A stretch of DNA of 64,000 nt from Candidatus Bathyarchaeota archaeon (GCA_963827165.1 CAWGZR010000012.1:103089-167088), one strand, 5' to 3'; shown: positions 9,717-19,537, counted from the stretch's first letter. Translations and numbers: made by a program. Notes: generated by a model from the letters alone, not told the origin.

Positions 9717-10712
9717 TTATCTGTTGAATTTCAGTGGTCCCAGATGCTTTTCGTTTTTCCGTAGGAATGCGCTTTCTACGCCGGTGATTACAGCCATAAC
9801 TGAAACTGCGCCTTGCAGTTCTTTGTCGACTCTTGCGCCCCAGATGATCTTTGTTTTCGGTGGTAGTGAACGTTTCATTATCTCGGCGGCTCGGTTGACT
9901 TCGGTCAGAGTTAGGTCTTCTCCACCTGAGACATGTATGAGCAATCCTTTTGCCTTGGTTACGTCTTCGATGTCGAGTAGGCGTCCGTTTAACGCTTTTT
10001 CTACTGCCTGTTCAACTCTTGTTTCGCCTGTGCCTTCGCCGATGCCTATTGAAGCTAAGCCTGATCCTGTCATGATTGCTTTCAAATCCGCGTAATCCAT
10101 GTTTATGAGGCTTGCGGTTGTGATGGTTTCTGTTACTCCTTTTACGAATTTGCCGACTGTGGTGTTTGCTACGCCCAAGGCTTCTCTGAAAGGCAAGTTC
10201 CCAGCTACTTTTACCAGTCTGTTGTTGTCAATCACTACCACTGTATCGCATGATTCTTTGAGTCGATTCAAGCCTTTTTTCGCGGCGTTCATTCTTGCAG
10301 TTTCAACTTCGAACGGAAGAGTTACTACGCCTACAAGCAAAGGTGCCATCGCAGATCCAGCGGTCTTTCTATGTAGTGTCTCAGCTAAGCCTACGATTGA
10401 TCCTGTCCCTGTGCCTCCGCCTAAACCTGCCACCATGAAGATGATGTTGGCTCTTTGTAATTCATGGATGACTTCGCCTGCTGTTTCATACAGCGCTTTT
10501 TCGCCTACCTCTGGGTAGCCTCCACTGCCTAAGCCTCTGGTCAGTTTTTCACCGATTAAGATTCTCTTATCTGCTTTGATGGTCAACAAGTGTGTTGCAT
10601 CAGTGTTTACTGCGACTAGTTTACCGCCTGTGATTCCCTTTTCTTTGATCCATGTTATAACGTTGCATCCTGCCCCGCCAAGTCCGACGGCGACCAGTGT
10701 TGGTGCTGCCAT
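9717..10712 (-). CDS. ftsZ: Cell division GTPase FtsZ
   Basis: VGLGGAGCN, AVNTD, tubulin signature GGGTGTG, INMDYADL, IIWGARVD. The frame stays open upstream to an ATA at 10793. Confidence 0.93.
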   Translation of the reverse strand: MAAPTLVAVGLGGAGCNVITWIKEKGITGGKLVAVNTDATHLLTIKADKRILIGEKLTRGLGSGGYPEVGEKALYETAGEVIHELQRANIIFMVAGLGGGTGTGSIVGLAETLHRKTAGSAMAPLLVGVVTLPFEVETARMNAAKKGLNRLKESCDTVVVIDNNRLVKVAGNLPFREALGVANTTVGKFVKGVTETITTASLINMDYADLKAIMTGSGLASIGIGEGTGETRVEQAVEKALNGRLLDIEDVTKAKGLLIHVSGGEDLTLTEVNRAAEIMKRSLPPKTKIIWGARVDKELQGAVSVMAVITGVESAFLRKNEKHLGPLKFNR

Positions 10713-10962
10713 TTTCGCGAATTTCGCTATTTTTTCTTCTTGTGACTCTATATACGGCGTTTCCGCATATTCGAACGGTTGTTGAGCTTCTATCTTTATA
10801 CCCCCAATATTTTCCTATATCGTAAATCTCACGATATTAGAATATAAAGATTTTGAATTCTTATTCAAAATGAATATTTGTAGTACACGGCGACAGATAA
10901 CTTATCTCGTAATATACCTTATATATGACTTTTATCCACAACCAAGTTAGGGAGAAGACCAA

Positions 10963-11367
10963 ATGAAAAAACTAACACTCATGAAACGCTTCATGAAAAA
11001 CTTCGTAGGAAAAAACTTCCGCCTAATTATAAAAGACAAAGACGGTACATTCAAAGTCCACACCATAGAAATCATGCAGAAAACCGACGACACCTGCCCA
11101 GCAAAAGACATCCCAGTAGGCGACTACTTCCTTCACCTTCGCGCGACAAACCCACAGGGGAATGACGCATCAATAGTTTGCGATTGGACAGACGAGCTGC
11201 TGAAAAACCTCATGACCAACTACAAAGACGCAAAAGATGCAAACTACTCGGAGATAACAATGTTCAAAGACCCTCAATCGGAAGATTCGGACAAGTGGCT
11301 CTTAACATGGGGCGATGAGCCCAGAGAACCCGGACAAACCTACACCCCAATACGATACATCAGCTAA
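10963..11367 (+). CDS. Hypothetical protein divergent from ftsZ
   Basis: 134-aa ORF with TATA (about 10918) and GGAG RBS; no recognised motif. Confidence 0.7.
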   Translation: MKKLTLMKRFMKNFVGKNFRLIIKDKDGTFKVHTIEIMQKTDDTCPAKDIPVGDYFLHLRATNPQGNDASIVCDWTDELLKNLMTNYKDAKDANYSEITMFKDPQSEDSDKWLLTWGDEPREPGQTYTPIRYIS

Positions 11368-11573
11368 AGTTATGGCAACTCCAAACTCACCTCCGCCATC
11401 AAAATTATTCTCCTTATATCCCAACACTTAGTTTCGACAAAAGAGAACCTATTGATCAAACCGAATTCCATCAACAAAAGAAATACCAAAAAACGTGTTA
11501 ACTTGATTTTGAAATGAAAGCTTTTTCTAGTATCTTAGCCACCTTATAATAATCCCTGGCATGGAGAAAAAGA

Positions 11574-12569
11574 ATGACAAACGTCCAAATAGAAAACAAA
11601 GAGGTGTCTTGGGAAGTCCTTGATGTTCCTGAATATGGAACCATTACGGCACCAAAGGACGGAGAAGTTCATTCTGCCGTTGTCTTTGTAGCTGGCAGTG
11701 GCCCAACTGACCGAAATTGGTGCTCACCCCTGCTGCCTGGAACAAACGGCAGCGCCAAACTGTTGGCTGAAGCACTCGCAATTCGCGGTTTCGTTACTCT
11801 GCGGTATGACAAACTTGCATCAGGACCATACGTTACAGAAAACATTCCTAGGCTTATCGGCAAAATAAGCATGCAAAGTCACTTGAAAGAACTCTCAGGC
11901 GCAGTAGAAACAATCATGGCTGAAGAAAACGTTGACAAAGACGGTGTTTTTGTGTTAAGTAACAGCGAAGGCGCTATCCACGCGGTGAACTATCAGCTGC
12001 AGGCAAAGGTCAGCCGTTTTAGAGGTCTAGTGCTAACTGGAGCCCCCGGTAGGTCGGTCGGGGACTTAGGTCGCAGCCAAATCTTCAGTCAAATCAAGCA
12101 TTTGCCTAACGCCGAAATTCTCATGAAGCCTTATGACGATGCCATCGAGATGTTCTTGGCGGGTAAACCTATGGTTATTGATGCGTCTCTTCCGCAAGGA
12201 ATAAAGTTGTTGCTTCAAAGCTTGGAGACTCCAGCCAACTTGCCGTTCAGCCGTGAATTATGGAATTATACGCTCTCAGAGTACATCGAAAAAGTGGCTG
12301 ATCCGATGATAGTTGAAATCGGCAAAAAGGATATCCAGGTTGATTGGGAAGTAGATGGAAAGTTGCTGGAAGAGGCAACTGTCAAAAAAACCAATGCAAC
12401 TTTTATTTATCCGGAAAACGCAAATCATGTCCTTAAGCATGAGGATACTCCGCGAGAACAACTCAATGCGCTATACGTAGCTCAGCATTACAATGCGCCA
12501 GACGCGGTACTTGACCGAGAAGCTACAAACGCTATTTTCAATTGGCTGAATAGTCAGATACAGCAGTAA
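11574..12569 (+). CDS. Alpha/beta hydrolase
   Basis: GSGPTDRN, LRYDK, nucleophile elbow SNSEG, G.KDIQV, ANHVLK. Confidence 0.82.
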   Translation: MTNVQIENKEVSWEVLDVPEYGTITAPKDGEVHSAVVFVAGSGPTDRNWCSPLLPGTNGSAKLLAEALAIRGFVTLRYDKLASGPYVTENIPRLIGKISMQSHLKELSGAVETIMAEENVDKDGVFVLSNSEGAIHAVNYQLQAKVSRFRGLVLTGAPGRSVGDLGRSQIFSQIKHLPNAEILMKPYDDAIEMFLAGKPMVIDASLPQGIKLLLQSLETPANLPFSRELWNYTLSEYIEKVADPMIVEIGKKDIQVDWEVDGKLLEEATVKKTNATFIYPENANHVLKHEDTPREQLNALYVAQHYNAPDAVLDREATNAIFNWLNSQIQQ

Positions 12570-12610
12570 ACTCGGCTAAGATTATTTGGCTAATTCTTTT
12601 AAGAAAAATT

Positions 12611-12783
12611 TGGTGGGGCCGGCCGGATTTGAACCGACGACCTTTACCCAAGAACGGCGCGAAGCCGTTCTTTACGGGTTTCTCTAGACACGCTCCAGAA
12701 CTTCGTCATTCCTCTGGGCGAGGTCAGCAAACCCGTTGCTTGCTTCTGGAGCCCGTCGTCATACCTGTCTAGACTACGACCCC
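12611..12783 (-). tRNA. trnW: tRNA-Trp (CCA) with two introns: 37/38 (66 nt, 12680-12745) and 43/44 (30 nt, 12644-12673); 3' CCA encoded
   Basis: Acceptor stem GGGGTCG/CGGCCCC+ACCA, anticodon stem ACGGG/CCCGT with loop CT-CCA-G|A, T arm GTCGG-TTCAAAT-CCGGC. Removing both inserts gives a standard cloverleaf with variable loop AGGTC. Confidence 0.92.
12680..12745 (-). ncRNA. Intron-encoded C/D-box-like guide RNA
   Basis: Intron contains ACGGGTTT-G-CTGA (complementary to AAACCCGT, pointing at C39), a CCTC/GAGG stem, box ATGACGA and TTCTGGAGC complementary to the anticodon loop. This matches the known archaeal tRNA-Trp intron guides; the second D box is degenerate. Confidence 0.7.
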
Positions 12784-12855
12784 ACCGTGGTCTAGTCGAA
12801 GCAAATAAGTGAATTTGCAACAATAAAAGTTATTCGTTTTTCCAGAAGGTTCCCA

Positions 12856-14040
12856 CTAAGAATTTGCGTTTTGGGGAACAAACCGTCTTAGTCTTTCAAG
12901 CGAATGCAGTTTTTCTTTTTCCCCGATTTTGGCTTCCTGCACAGATTGTTTAAGGATTTGGATTGACTCGTCCATTGCTTTGCGGTCAACTGGGTATGGG
13001 ACGCCGTCTTTGCCGCCAAATGCGAAGCTGAATTTAACTGGATCTTCCCAACAGGGTTTTTCCCCGTAAACTAACTCAGCAACAAGTGCTAAGCCTCGGA
13101 CTGTGGCTGGCCCCACGCCTTTTACGCTTAGCAGCTCCTCGTAGTTTCTGGGTTGAAACTCGTAAACGCGGTTCAAAGTGTCCCAGTTTATGTTTCTGGG
13201 CATGTTCAGGCTATATAGGGTTTGCCGCCAAGGATCATCTGTCCGAGGCATCCAATTCTGCAATGACGATTGGTTGATTGGTTTTGCGGCTGCTTGGATA
13301 AGATTCATGAGTTTACGGGTGGGTTCTTTTGCTAAGTCAACGGAGGCTTTTCTGGCGCCTGCACTGGTTTTCGACACCATGTTTAAGGCTGTTTGGCGCT
13401 TGGCATCGCCGACTATTGCGTTTTCGGGCTCAACCACGAAGTCGGTCACGTTTTCCGAGAGCCAATGATAGCGTCTTGCCGAACTGTCCAACTCGCACAT
13501 GCCCTGCTGGATGACGGCCCATTTCGCTTCCCGAGTAACCAAGAAGGCGTGATGGTATAGCTGATACCCTGCTTGAATGGCAGTGTTATCAACTTTTGCA
13601 GCCATTTTACTGCTGTAAGTCAGCGCGTTGACGGTTTCTTCGGAAAAGCCAAATTTTTCGCCTGCCTCCGCTATGTCGTTTGGAGTTTTTTTGGAGGTTT
13701 TGCCTTTGCCGCCGCAGATTGCAACGCCGTGTTCTTCAGGGGTAATCGCAGTTTTGAGTATGCCTGTCACGACTGTAGTTACTCCGCTGCTGTGCCAGTC
13801 GTAGGCTAATACGCAGCCGAACGCTTGGAACCAGTACGGGTCAGAGAGACGTTCGATAAAAGTTGTTGCGCCGTACTCGTCAATCATGATGTCGGCTATT
13901 TCCTTGGCTAACTTACGCATACGCACTGTAAGCCAGGATGGCGCTTTTCCACCGTGAAGAGGAAGGTTCGCAAGTCCAGTTCTATACATCACGTCACAAG
14001 TCTCTGATGGATCGCCATATGATATATGGGTTTTTTCCAT
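12856..14040 (-). CDS. DUF763 family protein
   Basis: LPLHGGKAPSWL, DPYWFQAFGCVLAYDWHSSG, AKVDNTAIQ, HhH KGVGPATVR, FSFAFGGKDGVPYPVDR. True start may be ATG 13989. Confidence 0.9.
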   Translation of the reverse strand: MEKTHISYGDPSETCDVMYRTGLANLPLHGGKAPSWLTVRMRKLAKEIADIMIDEYGATTFIERLSDPYWFQAFGCVLAYDWHSSGVTTVVTGILKTAITPEEHGVAICGGKGKTSKKTPNDIAEAGEKFGFSEETVNALTYSSKMAAKVDNTAIQAGYQLYHHAFLVTREAKWAVIQQGMCELDSSARRYHWLSENVTDFVVEPENAIVGDAKRQTALNMVSKTSAGARKASVDLAKEPTRKLMNLIQAAAKPINQSSLQNWMPRTDDPWRQTLYSLNMPRNINWDTLNRVYEFQPRNYEELLSVKGVGPATVRGLALVAELVYGEKPCWEDPVKFSFAFGGKDGVPYPVDRKAMDESIQILKQSVQEAKIGEKEKLHSLERLRRFVPQNANS

Positions 14041-14098
14041 TAACCTAGCAAAACGAAAGAAAAATGGTTAGAGAAAGCCTCTCATTTTAGAAGGGTGG

Positions 14099-14404
14099 TT
14101 AGGTGTTCCCTGTTAATTGCAGGAGCTGCTTCTTTGTCAATCCTTCACCTGGCTCAGCATCAAGGCGCTTGTCTACTTCGCCCTTTTTGAAAAGCAACAC
14201 CGTCGGGTAGTAATCAATTTGGTATTTGTCGCATAAATCCGGTTTATCGTCGATCAAAACAGTCATGCATTCGTCCGGGTGGCGCTTTGCATATTCCTTG
14301 AATATCGGCAAAAATTGCTGTGAAAAATGGCACCACGAAGCATAAAAAAGCACGTATGCTTTGTCTTTTGACTTAACCGTTCGTTCAAAGCTGTTATCAG
14401 CCAT
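14099..14404 (-). CDS. Thioredoxin-fold protein with CxxS site
   Basis: FYASWCHFS, cis-Pro YPT, FKKGE. Confidence 0.85.
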   Translation of the reverse strand: MADNSFERTVKSKDKAYVLFYASWCHFSQQFLPIFKEYAKRHPDECMTVLIDDKPDLCDKYQIDYYPTVLLFKKGEVDKRLDAEPGEGLTKKQLLQLTGNT

Positions 14405-14410
14405 TCATTT

Positions 14411-15118
14411 TCACCTCTGTTCTCTGTCTTCCTCTTCTGGATAGTGGCTGCTGTCGCAAAAGGGCTTGTTTGTTGATTTTCCGCATCGGCAAAGGGTCAC
14501 CCGGTTTCTCACCTCATACAGTTTTCCGTCTGCGGAGTAAACAGGAATCCCACCACGAACCCAATAAGGCCCGCTTACATCTTTAGCAGGATCCTCAATC
14601 ACGCCGATGGATTTCTCAAGCTTTGGCTCCAACGCCACGTTTGTTTTTTTGTCGTAAGCAACAAGTCTGCCAGATGGGCAATCAGAACAGTTTTCGCTGA
14701 CGTTTTTCTTTGCCTCAGGAATATTCGTTTGATGGATAACATTCCAAACGTCTCCTCCTCTATGGCAGAAACGTGCCGAAGCGCAAAGAATAACAGCATC
14801 CCTGAGCAGCAATTCGGGTCCGTCAATTTTCTCCGCCATCTTTTCGAAAGGTTCATTGTCGCTTGCTTCAGCGCCGTCAAAATTGATTTTTAAGTGGCTG
14901 CTGTCGCAAAACGGCTTTTTCGCTGATTGCCCGCATCGGCATAAAAGGTAGTTTTGCGTCGTCTTTAGCCGCTCTCCGAAAATCCACTGAACAGGAGTGC
15001 CTGTACCATCGCATTCGATTATCGCGGGGAACAAAGCGTCTACTCCAGATACTAAGTAAGGTCCATTTTTCATTACCGTAATCTTCTTGTCAACGGACTT
15101 GTCTAAACCAGCTTCCAA
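14411..15118 (-). CDS. CDGSH iron-sulfur domain protein (two CDGSH plus a central Fe-S-like domain)
   Basis: Two LCRCG.S..KPFCDSSH motifs; central CASARFC...CPSGRL. Confidence 0.9.
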   Translation of the reverse strand: MEAGLDKSVDKKITVMKNGPYLVSGVDALFPAIIECDGTGTPVQWIFGERLKTTQNYLLCRCGQSAKKPFCDSSHLKINFDGAEASDNEPFEKMAEKIDGPELLLRDAVILCASARFCHRGGDVWNVIHQTNIPEAKKNVSENCSDCPSGRLVAYDKKTNVALEPKLEKSIGVIEDPAKDVSGPYWVRGGIPVYSADGKLYEVRNRVTLCRCGKSTNKPFCDSSHYPEEEDREQR

Positions 15119-15196
15119 ACTTCGCGCCTCACATTAATTTCACAAAACTCTTGTTTAATCAATAAAAATGTTAGTAATAAGCTTACGTTGATCTAA

Positions 15197-16684
15197 TTAT
15201 GAAAGTTCGCTTACTTCGGCATGTCTGATTTGTCGTTTAATCAATCCAGCAAAAACCTTGTAGGCTTGCTTTAACGGAATCCGGTACCCCTTATCCCTAA
15301 ATGACATGTCGAGCAGGTTGTCTACCCAGCGTAGACTGTGTTCAGCGCATAGAAACATCAGTTCCTCGTGAAGCTTGTTAACTTGAGTTTCTCTGAACCA
15401 CTCCTTGTTTTTTAGTCTGCCTAACGGAACAAAGAAAAGCGGCACGATAAGGCTTCGGCAATCTTTAACGTCCTCCAGCAACTCCATCGTTTTTATGACA
15501 TCATCCTCTGTTTCATCAGGAAGTCCAACGATAAGCGTTGCTACAGGAATCAAATTGTGGTCATGCATTATGCCAAAACCCTGGCGCGCGACCTGTGGCC
15601 ATTCTTCGGCTTTAAACGGAAAGGCTTTCGCAGGCATGATTTTCTTGGCAAGTTGCGCTGAACCTGTTTCGAGACCGATTTCGGCTCCCCACCAAGCTTG
15701 CTTCTGAAGAATAATGTCTGAGAGTTTGGCGACCAACTGGGGTTTTGACGCGACAGCAGCGAGGGAACAGTGGCTCCAGCTTATCGTGTTCACTTTGCTC
15801 ATAACTGTCTCGTGAAGCTTCAGGAGTTTTTCGTCGTTCGGCACTGCGTTTTGGGAACCGTATAACATGACGTCTTCTGAGTGCAGACAGATAACCCTCT
15901 GTTTGCCATCAAGATTAACTGCTAATTCCCGAATTATTTTGTCTATGGGATACCATCGTAGAGGTCTTAGTGTGACGTTGCAGAATTCGCAGCCTCTACA
16001 GCATCCGCGGCCCAGCTCGACTAACCCGTTTATAGACGGATGGACGATGTCTGGGATTTCCTCCATTTTTGGTGCGTCCTTCCCCGGGATTTCGAAGTGA
16101 GGTGGCAGCGGTTCGCCCTTTATAGCATCTTTGAAGAGTTTCCCTATTACGTTTTCGGCCTCTCCTTCTACAACGCAATCAACGATTTTTTTCTCAACTA
16201 ACTGTGGTCTGTAACGGAACTGCCATGCGCCAGGTCCGCCCACAATTATTTTTGCACCGTTTCGTTTTGCTTCTCTGATAAGCGGACTTGTAACTAACCC
16301 TTGAAAGTGTCTTGCCAAAAATGGTTCCTTTTGGAAAAGCGCAGCTAACGTGGTTGAAGCGGGACCGAATCCGAAGGGATCCATGGTGTGGATTCCGATG
16401 ACTTTCGCGCTTTTTACGTATTTTCGGAGGTGCTGCGGGCTGATGGTTAGAACGTTGAAGCCTTCTTTTAGTAGTTGAGCTTCGATTTTTCTTAAGCCAT
16501 AAGGCGCAGCAGTCGGTAGCCCTCTGTTGGCTTTTATGGGTGGAAAAAACAGGTAGCTGTATAGTACATCTGGAATGAAGTTGGATGGGGCGCATGTGCC
16601 GAATCCTAAAAACTGGTTTCCGTGGTAGTTGCTCATTAGAGTTCTGTCAGCAACTAAGACAACTTCTACACCGTTGTTTGCCAT
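15197..16684 (-). CDS. B12-binding-domain radical SAM protein
   Basis: APYGLRKIEA, IIVGGPGAWQ, ELGRGCCRGCEFC, IGLETGS, IVGLPDET. Confidence 0.85.
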   Translation of the reverse strand: MANNGVEVVLVADRTLMSNYHGNQFLGFGTCAPSNFIPDVLYSYLFFPPIKANRGLPTAAPYGLRKIEAQLLKEGFNVLTISPQHLRKYVKSAKVIGIHTMDPFGFGPASTTLAALFQKEPFLARHFQGLVTSPLIREAKRNGAKIIVGGPGAWQFRYRPQLVEKKIVDCVVEGEAENVIGKLFKDAIKGEPLPPHFEIPGKDAPKMEEIPDIVHPSINGLVELGRGCCRGCEFCNVTLRPLRWYPIDKIIRELAVNLDGKQRVICLHSEDVMLYGSQNAVPNDEKLLKLHETVMSKVNTISWSHCSLAAVASKPQLVAKLSDIILQKQAWWGAEIGLETGSAQLAKKIMPAKAFPFKAEEWPQVARQGFGIMHDHNLIPVATLIVGLPDETEDDVIKTMELLEDVKDCRSLIVPLFFVPLGRLKNKEWFRETQVNKLHEELMFLCAEHSLRWVDNLLDMSFRDKGYRIPLKQAYKVFAGLIKRQIRHAEVSELS

Positions 16685-17050
16685 GCGAAACCATCAGTTT
16701 AAACCAATTTAGGGATTGAATAGGTTATTCTACTTAGCATGTGGAGTAATTAAGTTATTCTGTTGTATAGAATAAGCCTTGAAGCTGCATAATACTGTTT
16801 AGTTTCTATCGTGGAAGAATAGTTGGTTTGCGGCTCCTTGTAGATGATGTTTCGGATTTTTGTGGCAGCATGTTCTTTCCCATTATGATGTCCCTTTAAC
16901 GAGCTAGACAATCGTTAAGGGTTTATACGTCGATTGTCGATTTGGGGTTGCTGCAACTACAACCAATGTTTACATTATTTCAGTTTTTATGCGGTGATGT
17001 TTATATATTTCTTGATTTAATAAACAAACGTCAAATATACCGTTTGGGGC

Positions 17051-17533
17051 GTGAGAAATTTGGGTACAAAACCCAAAAAAACTCCGAAGAAAATGTTGGA
17101 CTCCGTCGATGATCAAATTATACGCGCATTGGAAGACGATTCCCGTCTGAGCCTACGCAAGTTAGCACAAAGAGTCGGTTTAACCCCAAACATTCTGCAC
17201 AAACACCTTGAAACGCTCGAGCATGACGGCATAATCCTTGGATATGTGCCCGTAGTTGACTCAGCAAAAATGGGTTTAGCTCTCACAGCCATAATCATGA
17301 TCCAGATCGAGGGAGGACACATCCGAGAAGTAGAAGAAGAAATAGCAAAAGAAACCAATGTCTCCTCCGTATACGACATAACAGGGGAGTACGACGCCGT
17401 CGTTTTCGCCAAGTTCCAAGACAACCCAAGCCTCAACGCTTTTCTAAAAAAACTCCTCGGCGACCGATTCATAAAAAGAACAACAACCCTTGTTGCACTC
17501 AACGCCGTTAAAGAATGCAGCAAAGTGATTTAG
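17051..17533 (+). CDS. Lrp/AsnC family transcriptional regulator (full length, HTH + RAM domain)
   Basis: LDSVDDQIIRALEDDSRLSLRKLAQRVGLT; YDITGEYD. Confidence 0.92.
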   Translation: MRNLGTKPKKTPKKMLDSVDDQIIRALEDDSRLSLRKLAQRVGLTPNILHKHLETLEHDGIILGYVPVVDSAKMGLALTAIIMIQIEGGHIREVEEEIAKETNVSSVYDITGEYDAVVFAKFQDNPSLNAFLKKLLGDRFIKRTTTLVALNAVKECSKVI

Positions 17534-17673
17534 TCTTTCGGTCTTTTAATTTTCTTATGTAGGTTTTTTCGTCGTTTGCTTCGGCCATAACATTTGTTAT
17601 GCTTCTAGGTTTTTTGAAATTGTAAAGTTTAATACGTCTTGGCTTTTATTGTCTTAAGGGAGACGGGTTTGGG

Positions 17674-18345
17674 TTGAAGAGCATCAAGGGCATCTTGGTT
17701 GTTGGCGAAAAAAATATTTTTGGCGAGTTAGCCCAGTTGGTTGACATAGCCATGGAAGCTAACGCTCTTTTGGGAAAAATGTTCAAAATGAGCCCCACGG
17801 ACAACGAGTTGACTGAAGCTCTGCGTGGAATCCAGGCGCTTCAGAAAAAAGCGGGTGACGTTGGCTTCAAAATGAACGAGGGCATCACAGGTGGCGCGGT
17901 CAGCCCCAATGTTATCGATAGCCTGCTCAGGTGCGACATAATAATCGGCGATGTAGTTCACACCTGTCTTCACATCAGCCGGGAACTTGCAAGAATGGCT
18001 GAAGCCTATTCCGCCGGGCTTGAAATGCACCACGCCGACTGGGACTCTGTGTTTAAGAATATGCTCGAACTTATAGAAAAATCACTTTCAAAGCTCAGGC
18101 AGGCCCTTTTCTCTTCGGATATGGCTGAGATTTTCAGTCTGCACAAGGAAATACAAGTTTTAGAGGAGCAGGGCGACGATGTTAAGGACCTCGGCTTTGA
18201 TAGGTTGTACAGCATTGCCCCGCAACTCCATTACCTTGAATTTTACCACTACCAAAAAATGCTTCATAACTGCGAAGACATTTTAAACGACTGCTCAGAC
18301 TTCGCCTCTCTGATAGTGTCTGTGGTTACATCAATCCTTAAGTGA
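17674..18345 (+). CDS. DUF47/PhoU-like phosphate transport accessory protein
   Basis: All-helical, LEEQGDDVK; directly upstream of a PiT transporter. Confidence 0.8.
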   Translation: MKSIKGILVVGEKNIFGELAQLVDIAMEANALLGKMFKMSPTDNELTEALRGIQALQKKAGDVGFKMNEGITGGAVSPNVIDSLLRCDIIIGDVVHTCLHISRELARMAEAYSAGLEMHHADWDSVFKNMLELIEKSLSKLRQALFSSDMAEIFSLHKEIQVLEEQGDDVKDLGFDRLYSIAPQLHYLEFYHYQKMLHNCEDILNDCSDFASLIVSVVTSILK

Positions 18346-18352
18346 CGCTCCG

Positions 18353-19318
18353 ATGATTTGGCTTTCTTTTGCAGTTGTCATCTTGACCTTCGTTGCCGTG
18401 ATGCTTGTTGCAGGAAACAACCTGTCTGCATGCGTAGGCCCCGCCATAGGCTCGAGAATCATAACTAAAAGGTTCGGGATGCTGCTTGGCGCCGTAGGGT
18501 TTTCCATAGGACTTTTAGCTCAGGGTGCTGGAATGATAAAAACAGTCGCTAGGCTTTTGCCGAGCGGTGCCATGCAGTTTCGCGCTGAAGCCTTGTTAGT
18601 TGCCATATTAATCTTTGTTATCGCCGACTTGATTAGGGCGCCGATGTCTGTTAGCATGTCTCTCGTCGGAGTGCTTGCAGGCCTGTCGGTTGCCGAGGAC
18701 ACATTTAGAAGCGGCGCTTACGTGTCTGAGGTTGCCCTAATGTGGGTTGCGGCCCCCATAATCGCTATAGCATTCTCGTTTTACGTCCTCCGCTTTATCA
18801 ATAGACGCAAACCGAAGAACTTTTGGCATAGGCTGCAAATCTACAAGATTCTACTCATTGCTTTGGCGCTTTCCACCTCGTATGTATTGGGAGCAAACAC
18901 CATTGGCTTGATAGTTGCCACGGGAGGCTTTGACTTGCCAATTGTAGCTTTGGCTGTCGTAGCAATTTTCATCGGTGCTTTCTTCTTGAGTGCGGGTGAG
19001 ATTCGCAGAGTTTCGGAGGAGCTTTTTCTCATGCGGTACCCCAATGCAACTGTGACTCTTTTGACTTCCACGGTTCTTGTAGAAGCGGCTACCCTGCTGA
19101 GAATTCCGCTGTCAAATACCCAAGCGCTTTCGGCGTCGGTTCTCGGTGCGGGGATTTCGTATAAGTCGAAGTTTGTTTCTGTTAAGCCTTTTCTTATTAT
19201 AGTTTTGAGCTGGGTGATAGCGCCGTTGCTTAGCTTTTCGATTGGGTTGTTGCTGGGCAGAACTCTAGACGCTGTGTTGATTTGTTGGGCGATTACTTTT
19301 GACATGTTTAGCGTTTAG
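18353..19318 (+). CDS. Inorganic phosphate transporter, PiT family
   Basis: AGNNLSACVGPAIGS and LGANTIG repeats, IPLSNTQ, multiple TM helices. Confidence 0.85.
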   Translation: MIWLSFAVVILTFVAVMLVAGNNLSACVGPAIGSRIITKRFGMLLGAVGFSIGLLAQGAGMIKTVARLLPSGAMQFRAEALLVAILIFVIADLIRAPMSVSMSLVGVLAGLSVAEDTFRSGAYVSEVALMWVAAPIIAIAFSFYVLRFINRRKPKNFWHRLQIYKILLIALALSTSYVLGANTIGLIVATGGFDLPIVALAVVAIFIGAFFLSAGEIRRVSEELFLMRYPNATVTLLTSTVLVEAATLLRIPLSNTQALSASVLGAGISYKSKFVSVKPFLIIVLSWVIAPLLSFSIGLLLGRTLDAVLICWAITFDMFSV

Positions 19319-19345
19319 ACATTTTATTGTGTATTATTTTAGTTT

Positions 19346-19384
19346 TTCATAAAAGTTATGAACAAATATTAACTAAGCTTATAT
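19346..19384 (+). promoter_or_regulatory. Island operator + TATA (copy 1)
   Basis: TTCATAA-AAG-TTATGAA, 15 nt, then CTTATAT. Confidence 0.85.
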
Positions 19385-19426
19385 TTGGTTGAACGCCTTA
19401 TTGCTACACTTGAATTGGTGTTACAA

Positions 19427-19537
19427 TTGAAGAAAGCGACCAAAGAAACTGAACGAAACTTTGAAGAGCAAGTTATCTTGGACTCTCGAAGACAACCTCA
19501 TAGCATCTTTCGAAAAAGAATTTTCAAGAAAAAATAA
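19427..19537 (+). CDS. 36-aa microprotein, homolog of the APC leader peptide at 31515
   Basis: TTG start after GGTG: MKKATKETERNFEEQVILDSRRQPHSIFRKRIFKKK. Confidence 0.65.
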   Translation: MKKATKETERNFEEQVILDSRRQPHSIFRKRIFKKK

